From an uncultured Acidobacteriota bacterium (lineage in GTDB: Bacteria; Acidobacteriota; UBA6911): DNA of 64,000 bases. Made by a program: the position numbers and the translations under genes. Positions within the stretch are counted from its first letter, which is position 1. Each line of letters opens with the position of its first letter. The notes under the pieces are model-generated. The model was not told where the DNA came from. It made no database searches and saw nothing but the letters and a program-made list of their open reading frames with translations. The stretch lies in the NCBI GenBank assembly GCA_963827655.1, contig CAWHCF010000010.1:224001-288000 (forward strand). Reading direction: 5' to 3'. Of the stretch, positions 11,850-21,950 are shown piece after piece.

Positions 11850-13133
11850 TCAGTAGCCCTCGTACTCCCGCGTCGGAATCCACCTGCCGTCGACCATCAC
11901 GCGCCGGACATTCCTCAGGGCTCGGATGTCGGCGGCGGGGTTGCCTTCGACAACGATCAGATCGGCCAGCATCGCCGGCTTGAGGGTTCCCAGTTCATGC
12001 TCCCGGCGCAGGAACTCGGCGCCTCGCTGGGTGGCGGCGCGGATCACCTCCATCGGGGTCAGTCCGCACTCGACCAGAAGCTCGGTCTCCCGGAAGAAGG
12101 CTCTCCCGCGCTCGGCAAAAGGAACCGACGTGTGACTCCCCACAACCACGCGCGCGCCGGCGTCGTGAAGCGTCTTGACGAAGCTCATCATATTCTTGAA
12201 ACCCTTGACGGCCGTTACTTGAGCTGAGGTAGAGGGCGATCCCTCGCGGCGCTCGAAGACCGCGAGCGTCGGATCGACGAAGGTGCGCCGTTCGGAGATC
12301 AGCGCAAGCAGCGCCTTCGCCTGCAGACTGGAAAAATCCAATTCGGCCCACATGCGATATCGCCCCTCTCTCCGCGCGCTGTTATCCGCCAGGATGGCCT
12401 GGCGGTAAACCTCTCCTTGCCGGAGGGGGGCGAGGGCGACGCCGAAAGACGTGATGTGCTCGAGGCCGTCCAGCCCCATGCGAATCGCCTCGGCCGCATC
12501 CACGATCTCCAGGTGACCGGTCACCGGGACGCCTCGCGCATGCGCGGTCTCGATTACGGTCTTTATCAGATCCAGAGGGAGCCGGAAGTAGACCTTGATG
12601 GCGGTGGCTCCCTGCGCGATGACCTCCTCGGTCCAGCGCCGGGCTTCGAGCGGGCCCAGGATGACTCTGGAGTCCTTGGGATAGGCCGGCCCCGGTCCAT
12701 CAAGATGAGGGCCGGTAAGCGACATCCTCGGGCCCGGGAGATCGTTCTTGCGCATCATTTCCTTCAGGGACTCGAACTGTTCGATCCATTGCCCCGGATC
12801 GCGAAACGCGGTGATTCCGTAGGCCAGCTGTTTCAACGCCAGGTTGGGGTCATTTTCAATATGAAAGTGATGATCGATCAGTCCGGGCAGGACGAAGAAG
12901 CCGCGAAGATCGATGGTCGATGCGCCGGGAGGAGGCTGGATTCCGCTTGAGGGGCCCACCGCCTCAATGCGATTCCCGCGGACCACGAGCCTGCAGTCTA
13001 CGCAAGGGCGCGCCCCTGTGCCGTCAATAATCGTGGCTCCGTCCAGCACGATAGCGCTTTCCTGCTGGTAGAGAACGGAGGCGTTCCCAAAGATCGCCGC
13101 CAGCAAGAAAATTGAGTTCAGGGTTATTTTCAC
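11850..13133 (-). CDS. Secreted metal-dependent amidohydrolase
   Basis: LPGLIDHHFH, AIKVY, GH, LEH, LADLIVVEGNP. Confidence 0.88.
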   Translation of the reverse strand: MKITLNSIFLLAAIFGNASVLYQQESAIVLDGATIIDGTGARPCVDCRLVVRGNRIEAVGPSSGIQPPPGASTIDLRGFFVLPGLIDHHFHIENDPNLALKQLAYGITAFRDPGQWIEQFESLKEMMRKNDLPGPRMSLTGPHLDGPGPAYPKDSRVILGPLEARRWTEEVIAQGATAIKVYFRLPLDLIKTVIETAHARGVPVTGHLEIVDAAEAIRMGLDGLEHITSFGVALAPLRQGEVYRQAILADNSARREGRYRMWAELDFSSLQAKALLALISERRTFVDPTLAVFERREGSPSTSAQVTAVKGFKNMMSFVKTLHDAGARVVVGSHTSVPFAERGRAFFRETELLVECGLTPMEVIRAATQRGAEFLRREHELGTLKPAMLADLIVVEGNPAADIRALRNVRRVMVDGRWIPTREYEGY

Positions 13134-13188
13134 GATTTTCTTTGCGTCTTCGCGTCTCCGTGGTGAGCGTGCGGGAGCCGGACGCGAA

Positions 13189-13626
13189 CTACATTTCAGG
13201 AAACGCCCACGACTGCAGCAGGTCGGCGCGCGCCTTTTCGTCTGAAGCGACCATGCGAAGGACGTCCTGAGCCGAGATCATTCCCCGCGAATGACCCGAG
13301 CTATCCACGACAACGAGATGATAGATCTTGTTCTTTTCCATCAGCCGAACGCACTCTTCCACGCTGCTCTCGGGAGTTACGGTGATCAAACGGGTGGACA
13401 TTACCTCGCGGACTCTGGTCCAGGACGGGCACAGGTGTTCTGCGGCCACTTTGTTGGAGATGTCGCTCTGAGCGATCACGCCCACAGGGCACGTCTTGTC
13501 ATCGCACACTATCGTGGCGCGGACCTGCCGGTCGCGCAGATACATCGCCGCCCGATGGACCGTGTCATCCACGGAAAGGGAATAGACTTCGGTTCGATCG
13601 CCCAGCAGGTCTTTCACTGTAGCCAT
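13189..13626 (-). CDS. CBS domain protein
   Basis: Two CBS motifs (VREVMS...ITVTPE...HLVVVD...GMISAQD). Confidence 0.88.
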   Translation of the reverse strand: MATVKDLLGDRTEVYSLSVDDTVHRAAMYLRDRQVRATIVCDDKTCPVGVIAQSDISNKVAAEHLCPSWTRVREVMSTRLITVTPESSVEECVRLMEKNKIYHLVVVDSSGHSRGMISAQDVLRMVASDEKARADLLQSWAFPEM

Positions 13627-13637
13627 GGCATCCTCCT

Positions 13638-13676
13638 ACGATTTCGGATTGCGGATTTCGGATTGCGGATTGAAAT
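13638..13676. repeat. 7-bp tandem repeat (GGATTGC/GGATTTC)
   Basis: cgatttcggattgcggatttcggattgcggattgaaat; inverted remnant aatccgcaattcgca at ~16379-16393. Confidence 0.7.
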
Positions 13677-13713
13677 GCTTTATTCTTGCCCGTTCACCGC
13701 CAATGCCGAAGGG

Positions 13714-14604
13714 TCAAGCAACCCGGTTGCGCAGGGTTCCGATCTCCGGGACGGTAATCTCGACCAGATCGCCGGACTGCAGAGTGAACTCGTCGGGAGG
13801 AACAATTCCGGTGCCTGTCAGCAGTATGACGCCGTGGGGGAATTCCTGTTCCTGGAAGAGGTACGTGACCAGGTCCTCGAAGGTTCGCTTCATCTGGGCC
13901 ACGCTGGTGCTGCCGTCGAACTCCACGCGGCCGTTGCGTCGAATCACAAGCCGAATGCCAAGCTGACGCACGTCCGGGACCGATTGAGCGAGGAGAATGG
14001 CCGGGCCGAGCGCGCATGAACCCAGGTAAACCTTGGCTTGCGGAAGATAGAGCGGGTTTTCGCCTTCGATATCGCGCGAACTCACGTCATTGCCGATCGT
14101 GTATCCCAGCACCTTCCCTGTGACGCTTACCACAAGAGCGATTTCCGGCTCGGGCACATTCCATTTCGAGTCGGCGCGAATCCGAATCGCGCCGTTCGGG
14201 CCGGCCACCCGATTTGGGGTCGCCTTGAAAAAGAGCTCCGGTCTGGCGGCGGAATAGACTTTGTCATAAAACGAACCGCCGGCCTCGCTTTCTTCCATCC
14301 GCGCCTCGCGGCTGCGAAGGTAAGTCACGCCCGCGGCCCAGACTTCCTGCTCGGTCACGGGAGGGAGCAGGTGTGGCCTGGCGCGATCGGGCGCGGTATC
14401 CAGTTCTGAGAATGGTATACCCGCATTCCTGGTTGCGCTGGTTCCCACAGCTTCCAGCCGTTGCGCCAGGTCATCGAGCGAGAACAATGCGGAAAAGGAT
14501 CCGAAGTGTTGCGGGTCGGCCGAATTCAGGTTGTAGACCTTATCGTCGCGCACCAGGCCGAGCGCGGGACCGGAGTCTGGGTTCCAGTAACGACAGAGTT
14601 TCAT
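13714..14604 (-). CDS. Fumarylacetoacetate hydrolase family, XylX/KdxD-like 2-keto-3-deoxy-pentonate dehydratase
   Basis: EVWAAGVTY, RPELFFKA, WNVPEPE, GNDVSSRDIEGENPLYLPQAKVY, LLTGTGIVP. Confidence 0.85.
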   Translation of the reverse strand: MKLCRYWNPDSGPALGLVRDDKVYNLNSADPQHFGSFSALFSLDDLAQRLEAVGTSATRNAGIPFSELDTAPDRARPHLLPPVTEQEVWAAGVTYLRSREARMEESEAGGSFYDKVYSAARPELFFKATPNRVAGPNGAIRIRADSKWNVPEPEIALVVSVTGKVLGYTIGNDVSSRDIEGENPLYLPQAKVYLGSCALGPAILLAQSVPDVRQLGIRLVIRRNGRVEFDGSTSVAQMKRTFEDLVTYLFQEQEFPHGVILLTGTGIVPPDEFTLQSGDLVEITVPEIGTLRNRVA

Positions 14605-14862
14605 ATTGACGATTGACGATTGACGATTGACCATTATTGACGATCTTCTTTAGAAGATCGTCAATCGTAAATCGTCAATCGGTACACTCCATGGCTGCGC
14701 GTCCTTGCTCGCGCGAACGGGATGACGACTCGTTTATTCCCCCAAAGGCACCTGTGGTTCCACCGACGATTGGCGATCCTTTTTGGCAATCGTCAATCGT
14801 AAATCGTAAATCGTCAATCGGTTGACGATCTTCTTGGCAATCGTCAATCGTCAATCGTCAAT
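14605..14862. repeat. Complex 7-bp repeat/hairpin region enclosing a copy of the ALDH 3' end
   Basis: (ATTGACG)n, hairpin ttgacgatcttct-tt-agaagatcgtcaa, and (AATCGTC)n arrays. Confidence 0.85.
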
Positions 14863-14863
14863 C

Positions 14864-16339
14864 CTAAAGTCCGGCCCGGTCCATGTACACGGTTTTTATG
14901 CTGGTGAAGAACTCCATGGCCGCGCGCCCTTGCTCGCGCGAATGGGATGACGACTCCTTCATTCCACCAAAGGGAACCTGCGGCTCCACGCCGGCAGTTT
15001 CGCCGTTGACCTTCACGATGCCGGCTTCGATGCGGTTGACGTACTCTTGAATCGCATTGAGGTCGCGCGTGAAGATGCTGGCGCTGAGACCGTACCGGAC
15101 GTTGTTGGCGAGCTGTATGGCCTGGTCGAGATCGCGGGCCCGGGTCAGGGACAGCACCGGACCAAAAATCTCTTCCTGGAAGAGATGTGAATCCGGTTTC
15201 ACATCGCCGAAAATCGTCGGCTCTATGAAGTAGCCGTTCGCGAAAGAATCGCCGTCTGGAACGCCGCCGCCGCACAAGAGGCGCGCTTCGCGCTTCCCTC
15301 TTTCGATCGCCGCCAGGATCCCTTTATGTTGTTCCTCCGATACCACGGGCGGCACAACGGTAGACTCGTCCTTTCCGATCCCCAGTTTCAGAGCCCTGGT
15401 TTTTTCCATCAGTTTCTGAACGAAAGTCTCGTAAACCTGGTCGAGGACGATGGCGCGCGAAGTGGCGGTGCACTTCTGTCCCGCGTAGGCGAATGCCCCG
15501 CGCACCGTCAAGGTTGTGGCCTGCTCGAGATCGCAATCAGGCAAGATCAGGACGGGATTCTTTCCCCCCATCTCCAGCTGGCACTTCACACCCCGTTCAC
15601 TCGCCCAAGTTGCGATACGCCGGCCGACCGAGTTGGAACCCGTGAAGGAAACACCGTGTACCTTCTCGTTCTTGACCATCTCTGCGCCGAGAGTACCGCC
15701 CCCTCCCGTGATGAGATTGAGAACGCCGGGCGGAATTCCGGCCTGCTCAAAAACCTGCGCAATGAGCACGCCGCAGTGGGGCGTGACGCTCGCCGGTTTG
15801 AAGACCACGGTGTTGCCGTAAATCAGCGCCGGCGCAATTTTCCAGATCGGAATTGCGACCGGAAAATTCCAGGGCGTGATGATGCTCACCACGCCGAGAG
15901 GCGCGCGAGTTGTGTATATGAGGGTATTCGGATTGACGGACGGCACCACTTCGCCGACGCTGCGAAGTCCTTCGGCGGCATAGTAGCGGAGCAGCGCGAC
16001 GCCGCGCGCGGTTTCCCCTCGAGCTTCGGCGATGGTCTTGCCGTTTTCCCGCACCATCGCCTGCGCCACATCCTGCAGCTTCGACTCGAGAATGTCTGCG
16101 GCCTTGCGCAGGAACTCCCCACGAGCCCATCCCGACAGCTGCCTCCACTGTGGAAGCGCGCCATGCGCCGCGTCGATGGCCCTGCGTACATCATCCAAAT
16201 CCGCAGAAGCGAATTCACCGATAACGTCACGGGTATCCGCTGGATTGATTGAGGAGAACTTCTTGTCTCCGGCGGCGTTTGTCCAGCGACCATTGATAAA
16301 GTTCTGAAAGCTGCCGGGCATTTCTTTCGCCATCTTCAT
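14864..16339 (-). CDS. Aldehyde dehydrogenase (alpha-ketoglutarate semialdehyde dehydrogenase-like)
   Basis: ITPWNFP, FTGS, LEMGGKNP, GQKCTA, EEIFGP, PFGG; GGAGG RBS before 16339. Confidence 0.92.
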   Translation of the reverse strand: MKMAKEMPGSFQNFINGRWTNAAGDKKFSSINPADTRDVIGEFASADLDDVRRAIDAAHGALPQWRQLSGWARGEFLRKAADILESKLQDVAQAMVRENGKTIAEARGETARGVALLRYYAAEGLRSVGEVVPSVNPNTLIYTTRAPLGVVSIITPWNFPVAIPIWKIAPALIYGNTVVFKPASVTPHCGVLIAQVFEQAGIPPGVLNLITGGGGTLGAEMVKNEKVHGVSFTGSNSVGRRIATWASERGVKCQLEMGGKNPVLILPDCDLEQATTLTVRGAFAYAGQKCTATSRAIVLDQVYETFVQKLMEKTRALKLGIGKDESTVVPPVVSEEQHKGILAAIERGKREARLLCGGGVPDGDSFANGYFIEPTIFGDVKPDSHLFQEEIFGPVLSLTRARDLDQAIQLANNVRYGLSASIFTRDLNAIQEYVNRIEAGIVKVNGETAGVEPQVPFGGMKESSSHSREQGRAAMEFFTSIKTVYMDRAGL

Positions 16340-16395
16340 CGATTTCCTCCGATTGCGAGCCAAGCTCAGTCGCGCTTCAATCCGCAATTCGCATT

Positions 16396-17535
16396 CTAGA
16401 GTTTTACCGTTTTCCCTGTTCGGGCCGCCTCGTAGATCGCCATCATGATCTTCAAGTCGCGCAATCCTTCTTCTCCGGGTGTCAGGGGCTCACTGTTATT
16501 CATGACGCACTCGGACATGTGATCCATCTCGAGAGCGAAATGATCCTGCTGTGGAAGCGTTCTCTCTTCAACGGCGCCTCCGCGGCCCACCCTCATGCGC
16601 AAGCCGGTGTAGCTCGTGGCCGGTTCGAGTTCGAACCATCCTTTGGTGGTAACGACGCGATAGCGGTTTTGTCCCGAGTAGCCGTAGCTTGAGGTGCAAT
16701 TGGCGAGAATGCCGCTCGGGAAGCGCAACTGAAAGTTGATGGTTTCTTCCACTTCTTTAAAGCGGACATCTCCGGCGGTGGTGTACATCATGGCGTTCAC
16801 TTCGACCGGTTCCTCCCCCGTAACGTAACGGGTGGCTTGCAGACTGTAGATTCCGATATCCATCAGCGAGCCTCCGCCGGCGAGATCTTTCTTCAGGCGC
16901 CACTGAGTCGGATCTCCGATGTTGAACCCGTGATCTCCGAGAATGACCTTGATCGGTCCCAATTCCTGGTCGCGAGCCATCTTGATCATCGCCTTGTTGA
17001 AGGGCTCGTAGCGGCAGCGGTAGGCTACCATGAGCTTGCGGTTCGCCTTGCGGCACGCTTCGATCATCTCCTGGCAGTCGGCCGGCGTATTGGCCATGGG
17101 CTTCTCGGCAAGAATGTGCTTGCCGGCGCGCGCTCCGCGTATGGTGTACTCGGCATGCATGCCGTTGGGAAGGACGATATAGATGATATCGACCTCAGGA
17201 TTGTCACGGATCGAATCGTAATTCTGATAGTTATAGATACTTTTGGGATTCACGCCATAGCGCTGTGCCAGCTTGTTGGCCTTTTCGGGGCTCCCGCTCA
17301 CGAACGCCACGACTCTCGACTTCTCGCACTTGGCGAAAGCGGGGAGGATCTGATTCATGGACAGGCGCCCGAGCCCGACGATGGCCCAACCCAGCTTCTT
17401 TCCCGGAGGCTCTGGAACTTGCTGGGCTTGAGCACGGCCAAAGAGCGACCCGGTGACATTGACGGCCACGATTCCCTGCCCGACCTTCCTGAAAAATGTC
17501 CGGCGGGAGCTTTCTTTGTGCGATGAATTGGACAT
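16396..17535 (-). CDS. Gfo/Idh/MocA oxidoreductase (glucose-fructose oxidoreductase-like), Tat signal
   Basis: SRRTFF; WAIVGLG; GKHILAEKPMA; GGGSLMDIGIY. Confidence 0.92.
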   Translation of the reverse strand: MSNSSHKESSRRTFFRKVGQGIVAVNVTGSLFGRAQAQQVPEPPGKKLGWAIVGLGRLSMNQILPAFAKCEKSRVVAFVSGSPEKANKLAQRYGVNPKSIYNYQNYDSIRDNPEVDIIYIVLPNGMHAEYTIRGARAGKHILAEKPMANTPADCQEMIEACRKANRKLMVAYRCRYEPFNKAMIKMARDQELGPIKVILGDHGFNIGDPTQWRLKKDLAGGGSLMDIGIYSLQATRYVTGEEPVEVNAMMYTTAGDVRFKEVEETINFQLRFPSGILANCTSSYGYSGQNRYRVVTTKGWFELEPATSYTGLRMRVGRGGAVEERTLPQQDHFALEMDHMSECVMNNSEPLTPGEEGLRDLKIMMAIYEAARTGKTVKL

Positions 17536-17778
17536 GGCGAACTCCTTGGTATGCCAGAGCGGTATGCTATGCCTTCGCCCTGCCCTCGGTCAATGTTTGT
17601 CAGAGTGGAGTAATGCGATCACTACTAACTTCTGATTCTCGAATTCCCGCGCTCGGGATGACTCCTCGAGTTCGACCAGCGGAAGGGCGCCCGCGAGATT
17701 TCAAGGAACGCACGCCGCGCCTGGCCTCAGCGTTTGGACGTCGTGCCCTCGTGGTTTTGATTTGATACAAGTTCGCGC

Positions 17779-18117
17779 TCAGGTTGCGATAATCTCGTTC
17801 AATCCTTCAACGACCTGATCTAATTCCTCTGCGGCCGCCCGACCAATTACCTTTCCTATCCTTTCGACCGCAAGGGTCCGAATCTGGCTAATTTTAACCC
17901 ACGATTTTTTCGGGAGCCCTCTTGCATGAAGTTCAAGCGTCAAAGGAAAGCCGGCGCGTTGAGGTTGACTTGTCAGAGCAACCGCAATTACCGTTCCGGA
18001 CCGTTCATTGAAGACGTCCTGGCTCAGAATCAAGACTGGACGTTGTCCTGCTTGTTCTCGGCCTCGTACCGGATTCAAGTTGGCCCAGCGGATCTCACCT
18101 CTCAGTATTCGGACCAT
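17779..18117 (-). CDS. mazF: PemK/MazF family toxin
   Basis: [33 protein letters not shown]. Confidence 0.92.
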   Translation of the reverse strand: MVRILRGEIRWANLNPVRGREQAGQRPVLILSQDVFNERSGTVIAVALTSQPQRAGFPLTLELHARGLPKKSWVKISQIRTLAVERIGKVIGRAAAEELDQVVEGLNEIIAT

Positions 18118-18344
18118 TCCGCCAGGTCCTCGGATAGCCCTTCCTCCGCGAGCGCTTTTTCGAAAGTGGGATCAAGTTTCGCGCACTCCTGGGCAAGACG
18201 ACTTTTCTCGAGCCGCGCGAGTTTCTCCACAACAGCATCCTCTATGGCCTGACTACGGTTGGGAAAGACTTGTTTCTTGACCAGCTGATCGAGCCGATTC
18301 AGGGTCGACTCATCCAGAGAAATTGCAATTTTAGACCTTACCAT
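18102..18344 (-). CDS. Ribbon-helix-helix (CopG/NdoAI-like) antitoxin
   Basis: KIAISLDE...[10 protein letters not shown]; overlaps the toxin start. Confidence 0.88.
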   Translation of the reverse strand: MVRSKIAISLDESTLNRLDQLVKKQVFPNRSQAIEDAVVEKLARLEKSRLAQECAKLDPTFEKALAEEGLSEDLAEWSEY

Positions 18345-18451
18345 GACTCACCTCATGGTATGACAATACTTCATACCACAACCCTGGGTCAAACCACGCG
18401 CCGGTCGGGACCGTCGATGCACGGCGCGACCCTCGGCCGCGACCAGATAAC

Positions 18452-18516
18452 GGCCACAGATTCCACGAATTTCACGAAACCTAAATTGGGTCTGTGAAAT
18501 TCGTGTAATTCGTGGC
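18452..18516. repeat. 9-bp-period inverted repeat hairpin
   Basis: gccacagattccacgaatttcacgaa ... tgtgaaattcgtgtaattcgtggc. Confidence 0.7.
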
Positions 18517-18628
18517 AGATGTTTTTCTCTGGTTATACGGGGGACAACTGCCGTGCGTCTACCATTGCGGCCCGCGCTTGCAGGCACAGGATCCTGGCCG
18601 TGATTCGACTCGAGACTCGAGCGCAATA

Positions 18629-20769
18629 ATGAACTTGAAGCCGATGGCGTCGGAGCCGACAATGCTCCATCCGATTAACAAGAGGACCATGGGGGGTGAT
18701 CGACTGTACCGGCACATTCATTACCTCTATTTGTTGCGAGTTCCGATTCTGTTCTGCGTGCTGTTGCTAGCCCTGGTTGCCGTCGCGGTCCCGAAAGATG
18801 GCGCCGCGGCGAGTCTGCTTCGGGGTACGTTCGACATCGCACCGCCTGGCGCGAGCTTCTGCGTCCAGTACGTTTCGTTTCTCTTCTGCGTCATGGCGGC
18901 TGCAAGCGTGGCATTTGCCATCTACATGACGGCGTACCTGGTGCTCCAATACTCCCACGCGCGGTCAAAAGCGGCCAAAATCTCCAAGACAGACCTCGAC
19001 AACGCGGACCTGCTGCTCGTAATCCTTAGCGTCCTCCCGGCGGTGGCGCTGGTGATGGGGGCCTGGGCCGTAACCGATGTTCTGTGGTATGTCGCGCTCG
19101 GGGCGCTCGTGAGCGGTGTGGCGCTGAGCGTCGCCCTTGTATATGTGCGTCCATGTCTGTAACCCGCCGGGGTGGCCACTCCGGTGGCTGGCGGCGAGGT
19201 TCCAGCACTCACCGGCCGGCTTCCTTGACCAGAGGGACGATTTTCTTCCCGGCCATCGGCTCGCCCTCCTCTACCTGATCTTCAGTGTCGCGCTTTACGC
19301 GCTAGCCGGCGTCGTCAAGGGATTCTACCTTGAAGAGAAGATTGTGTTCTCGACGCTCACGATGCTTTTGCTGTGGGCCGCGCTAGCCTGCTGGGCATCC
19401 GGCTTCGTGGCGTTCTTTTTCGACCGCTATCGGATCCCGTTCTTGATTCCACTGGTCCTGTATCTCGGTGCGGGATCGTTTTCTCGAGAGAACGACCACT
19501 TCTTTCCATCCCAGAAAGTCGAGCCACCCGAGCAGGTGACGCCGGGGATTGCACTCGAAAAAGGCGAGCACGACACTGTCATCGTGGTTGCTGCGACCGG
19601 AGGAGGCATTCAGTCAGCCGCCTGGACGGGGAATGTGCTGGCCCGGCTCAAGGAGACGTTTGGCGATGTCCCCCAGTTCGACCGTTCCGTGCGGCTGGTC
19701 AGCTCGGTCTCGGGCGGCAGCGTCGGCGCCATGTATTTCCTGCACGCCTATCAGAACGGGGTCCTTCCCTCCGGCCCGGAAGAACTGCGCTCGCGCATTA
19801 TCGAGCCGGCGCAGGCATCGAGTCTCGACGCCGTCACCTGGGGCTGGTTGTTCCAGGACCAGTTGCGGGCGTTCATCCCGTTCGGCTGGGAGGCGACTGG
19901 GTTTGCTTGCAAACGATCGTGGATTGAGTTTACAGGAGGCATGGTCGGAACGCGCGACGGGGATCGGGAACGCAACACTTGCCTCGTGGCGGCGCGATGC
20001 GGCAGCCGGCCTGCGTCCGGCGGTAATTTTTAACACGACCGTGGTTGAAACGGGACAGCGGCTGCTGCTGTCGACGACCGATCTGAGGAAGCGCGAGAAG
20101 GGATGCGCTCCACGGGCCGCTGCGCTTTCGGCGAGCGTCGGTTTCTACGACCTGTATCCGTGCTCGGATATCACCGTTCCGACGGCGGCGCGGCTGTCGG
20201 CGACCTTCCCGCTGGTGACTCCGGCGGCGCGGATCGAGCAAGGCGGGACCTGTGAGCGGCACAACCATGTCGTCGACGGCGGCTACTACGACAATTACGG
20301 GATGTCTTCGCTGCTGGAGTGGCTCGACATAGGTTTGCAGCAGACGAGCGCGATCCGAAACGTGATTGTCCTCGAGATCCGATCTTCTCCCGCGGCGGAA
20401 GCCTCTCCTGCCGAGGGTAAGTTCGGCTGGTTTTTCCAGACAGGTTCAGCTCTCACCACAATGGCAAAGGTGCGGGAGGATGCGCAGCTTGCCAATAACA
20501 ATCGGATGCTCTGCATGGCGAGACGCCTGTGGGCCTCAAAATCCGTGACGATCACAAGTTTCCCGGTTGTGTACCAGTCTCCGGAGCAGGGCGCGAAGCC
20601 GCCGACGCCTCCCTTGTCGTGGCACCTGACGGCGGAACAGAAGGCGAACATCGAAGGTGCCGCCGCCAGGGCGGCCCAGGGAGTGATCCGCGACGTTAAA
20701 AGCTGTTTTACCAACCCACAGAAATGTGGAGAGCTGGCGAGAAACTATGACGACGCCTGTCGGAATTGA
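18629..20769 (+). CDS. Multi-TM patatin/cPLA2-like phospholipase, frameshifts near 19150 and 19900
   Basis: N-terminal TM helices, then AATGGGIQSAAW, SSVSGGSVG (nucleophile), SATFP, VVDGGYYDNYG (catalytic Asp); spans three ORFs; start uncertain. Confidence 0.8.
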
Positions 20770-21534
20770 GCGACCCGTTCGGTGGCTTGCATGGTGCGCC
20801 ATTGTGATGGCGGCACTGGCCGTGGCCATGGGGGTCCACAAGGCAGCATCGGGCTATGAGGATCGTGAGCTGCCACGGGGCGTCAGCCATCCGATTTTCG
20901 CGCTCCAGCTGGCGGGGAGCGACGCGGAGGTCCGCCTGATAGCAGGATGTTCGAACACCACCGAGAGGCTGGCGCAGTGCCGTGATGAGGCCACGCTGCG
21001 GTGGCAAGTCTACCTCGATTTTCCGTTCGTGGCCGCTTATACCGGGTTTCTACTTACTTGTGCGTGGGTCACGGGTGCGCGGTGGCCGAAGCTGTGCGTT
21101 GGATCGCCTGGGCGGGTGCAATTGCGGCAGTCGTGGCGGCGGCCATGGACTTTCGCGAGAACTTTGCCATGCTGCGGACGCTTGCCGGTAGTGGAGCCGA
21201 TGGCGTCCGCGATGCGGGCTACGACAAATGGGTCTGGGTGTGCGTCGCGGCCTGTTTTGCGGCCCTGGCGGCGTTCGCCGTGGTCTCCGGGCGTGGATTC
21301 TGGTGGAGGTTGATCTCGGTCGCGGTTGCTGCCCAGATCCTGGCGGGCGCCGTGGTCGTGTGGAGCGCAAGCACGAGTGGATGCGACCTGCGGCTGGAGG
21401 AAGGCGCGATGCGGACGATGTCCGGGCTGGCAATGCTGGCGCTGTTGGTGCTGGTGCTAGCCTTCGGCGCGGCCCTCAAGCGTTTCGCCTTTGACAAATT
21501 GGGAGCGCGCTGGCGTCGCGCCGTGTGGGGATAA
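20747..21534 (+). CDS. Hypothetical multi-pass membrane protein, frameshift near 21090
   Basis: Start overlaps the patatin 3' end; LDFPFVAAY...DFRENF motif; ORFs 20726-21313 and 21001-21534 join. Confidence 0.6.
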
Positions 21535-21558
21535 AGCGATTTTGGAGTGCGGTAGCTA

Positions 21559-21796
21559 GCTCTGAACCTTACACGCATCTCACCGTCTTGCGATCGCCCC
21601 GAGGGCGACTGAAATTAGCCTGGGCAAGCGAAGCGCGGCCCGGGGTTTGCGGCGTATGTCCAAGCGCCCTGAAGGGGCGCAGGAGCATTGAGGGGGAAGC
21701 GTCCAGCGCCCCTCCGGGGCGCGTCTCTTTGCTTGGGTAAACCGGGGCAGCGCTTCGCTTGCCCCCGGCTAATTTCCGTCGCCCTTTCAGGGCGCG
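21559..21796 (-). mobile_element. MITE/REP-like element, copy 1 (inverted relative to the 40 kb copy; one TIR visible)
   Basis: TIR gctctgaaccttacacgcatct; internal palindromes cgccctgaaggggcg and aaattagcc...ggctaattt; reverse complement aligns with 40065-40315. Confidence 0.75.
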
Positions 21797-21950
21797 AAGG
21801 TAATCGTTTGACCTTAGCCTAACAAGTCAGTTGTGCCTCGCTCGGAAGCCGGACGTGCTTGATAGCCCGTCCGCACATGCGATCGGTACCGTTTTCAGAC
21901 AATCTCGTTCCTAAGCGTAGTTTGCTATCCGCCAGCGGAACAGGAAGGTC

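Noticed and set aside
14605-14862. CRISPR array
   Set aside because: Units are 7-bp tandems in both orientations, with no constant 23-47 bp repeat, no regular spacers and no cas genes
14686-14989. DGR template/variable repeat pair
   Set aside because: Only 5 of 9 differences are at adenines of the copy, there is an indel, and there is no reverse transcriptase in the window
21816-21822. Integron attC sites (GCCTAAC here, GTTAGGT at 39960)
   Set aside because: No paired R'/R'' and L boxes at a suitable distance and no integrase
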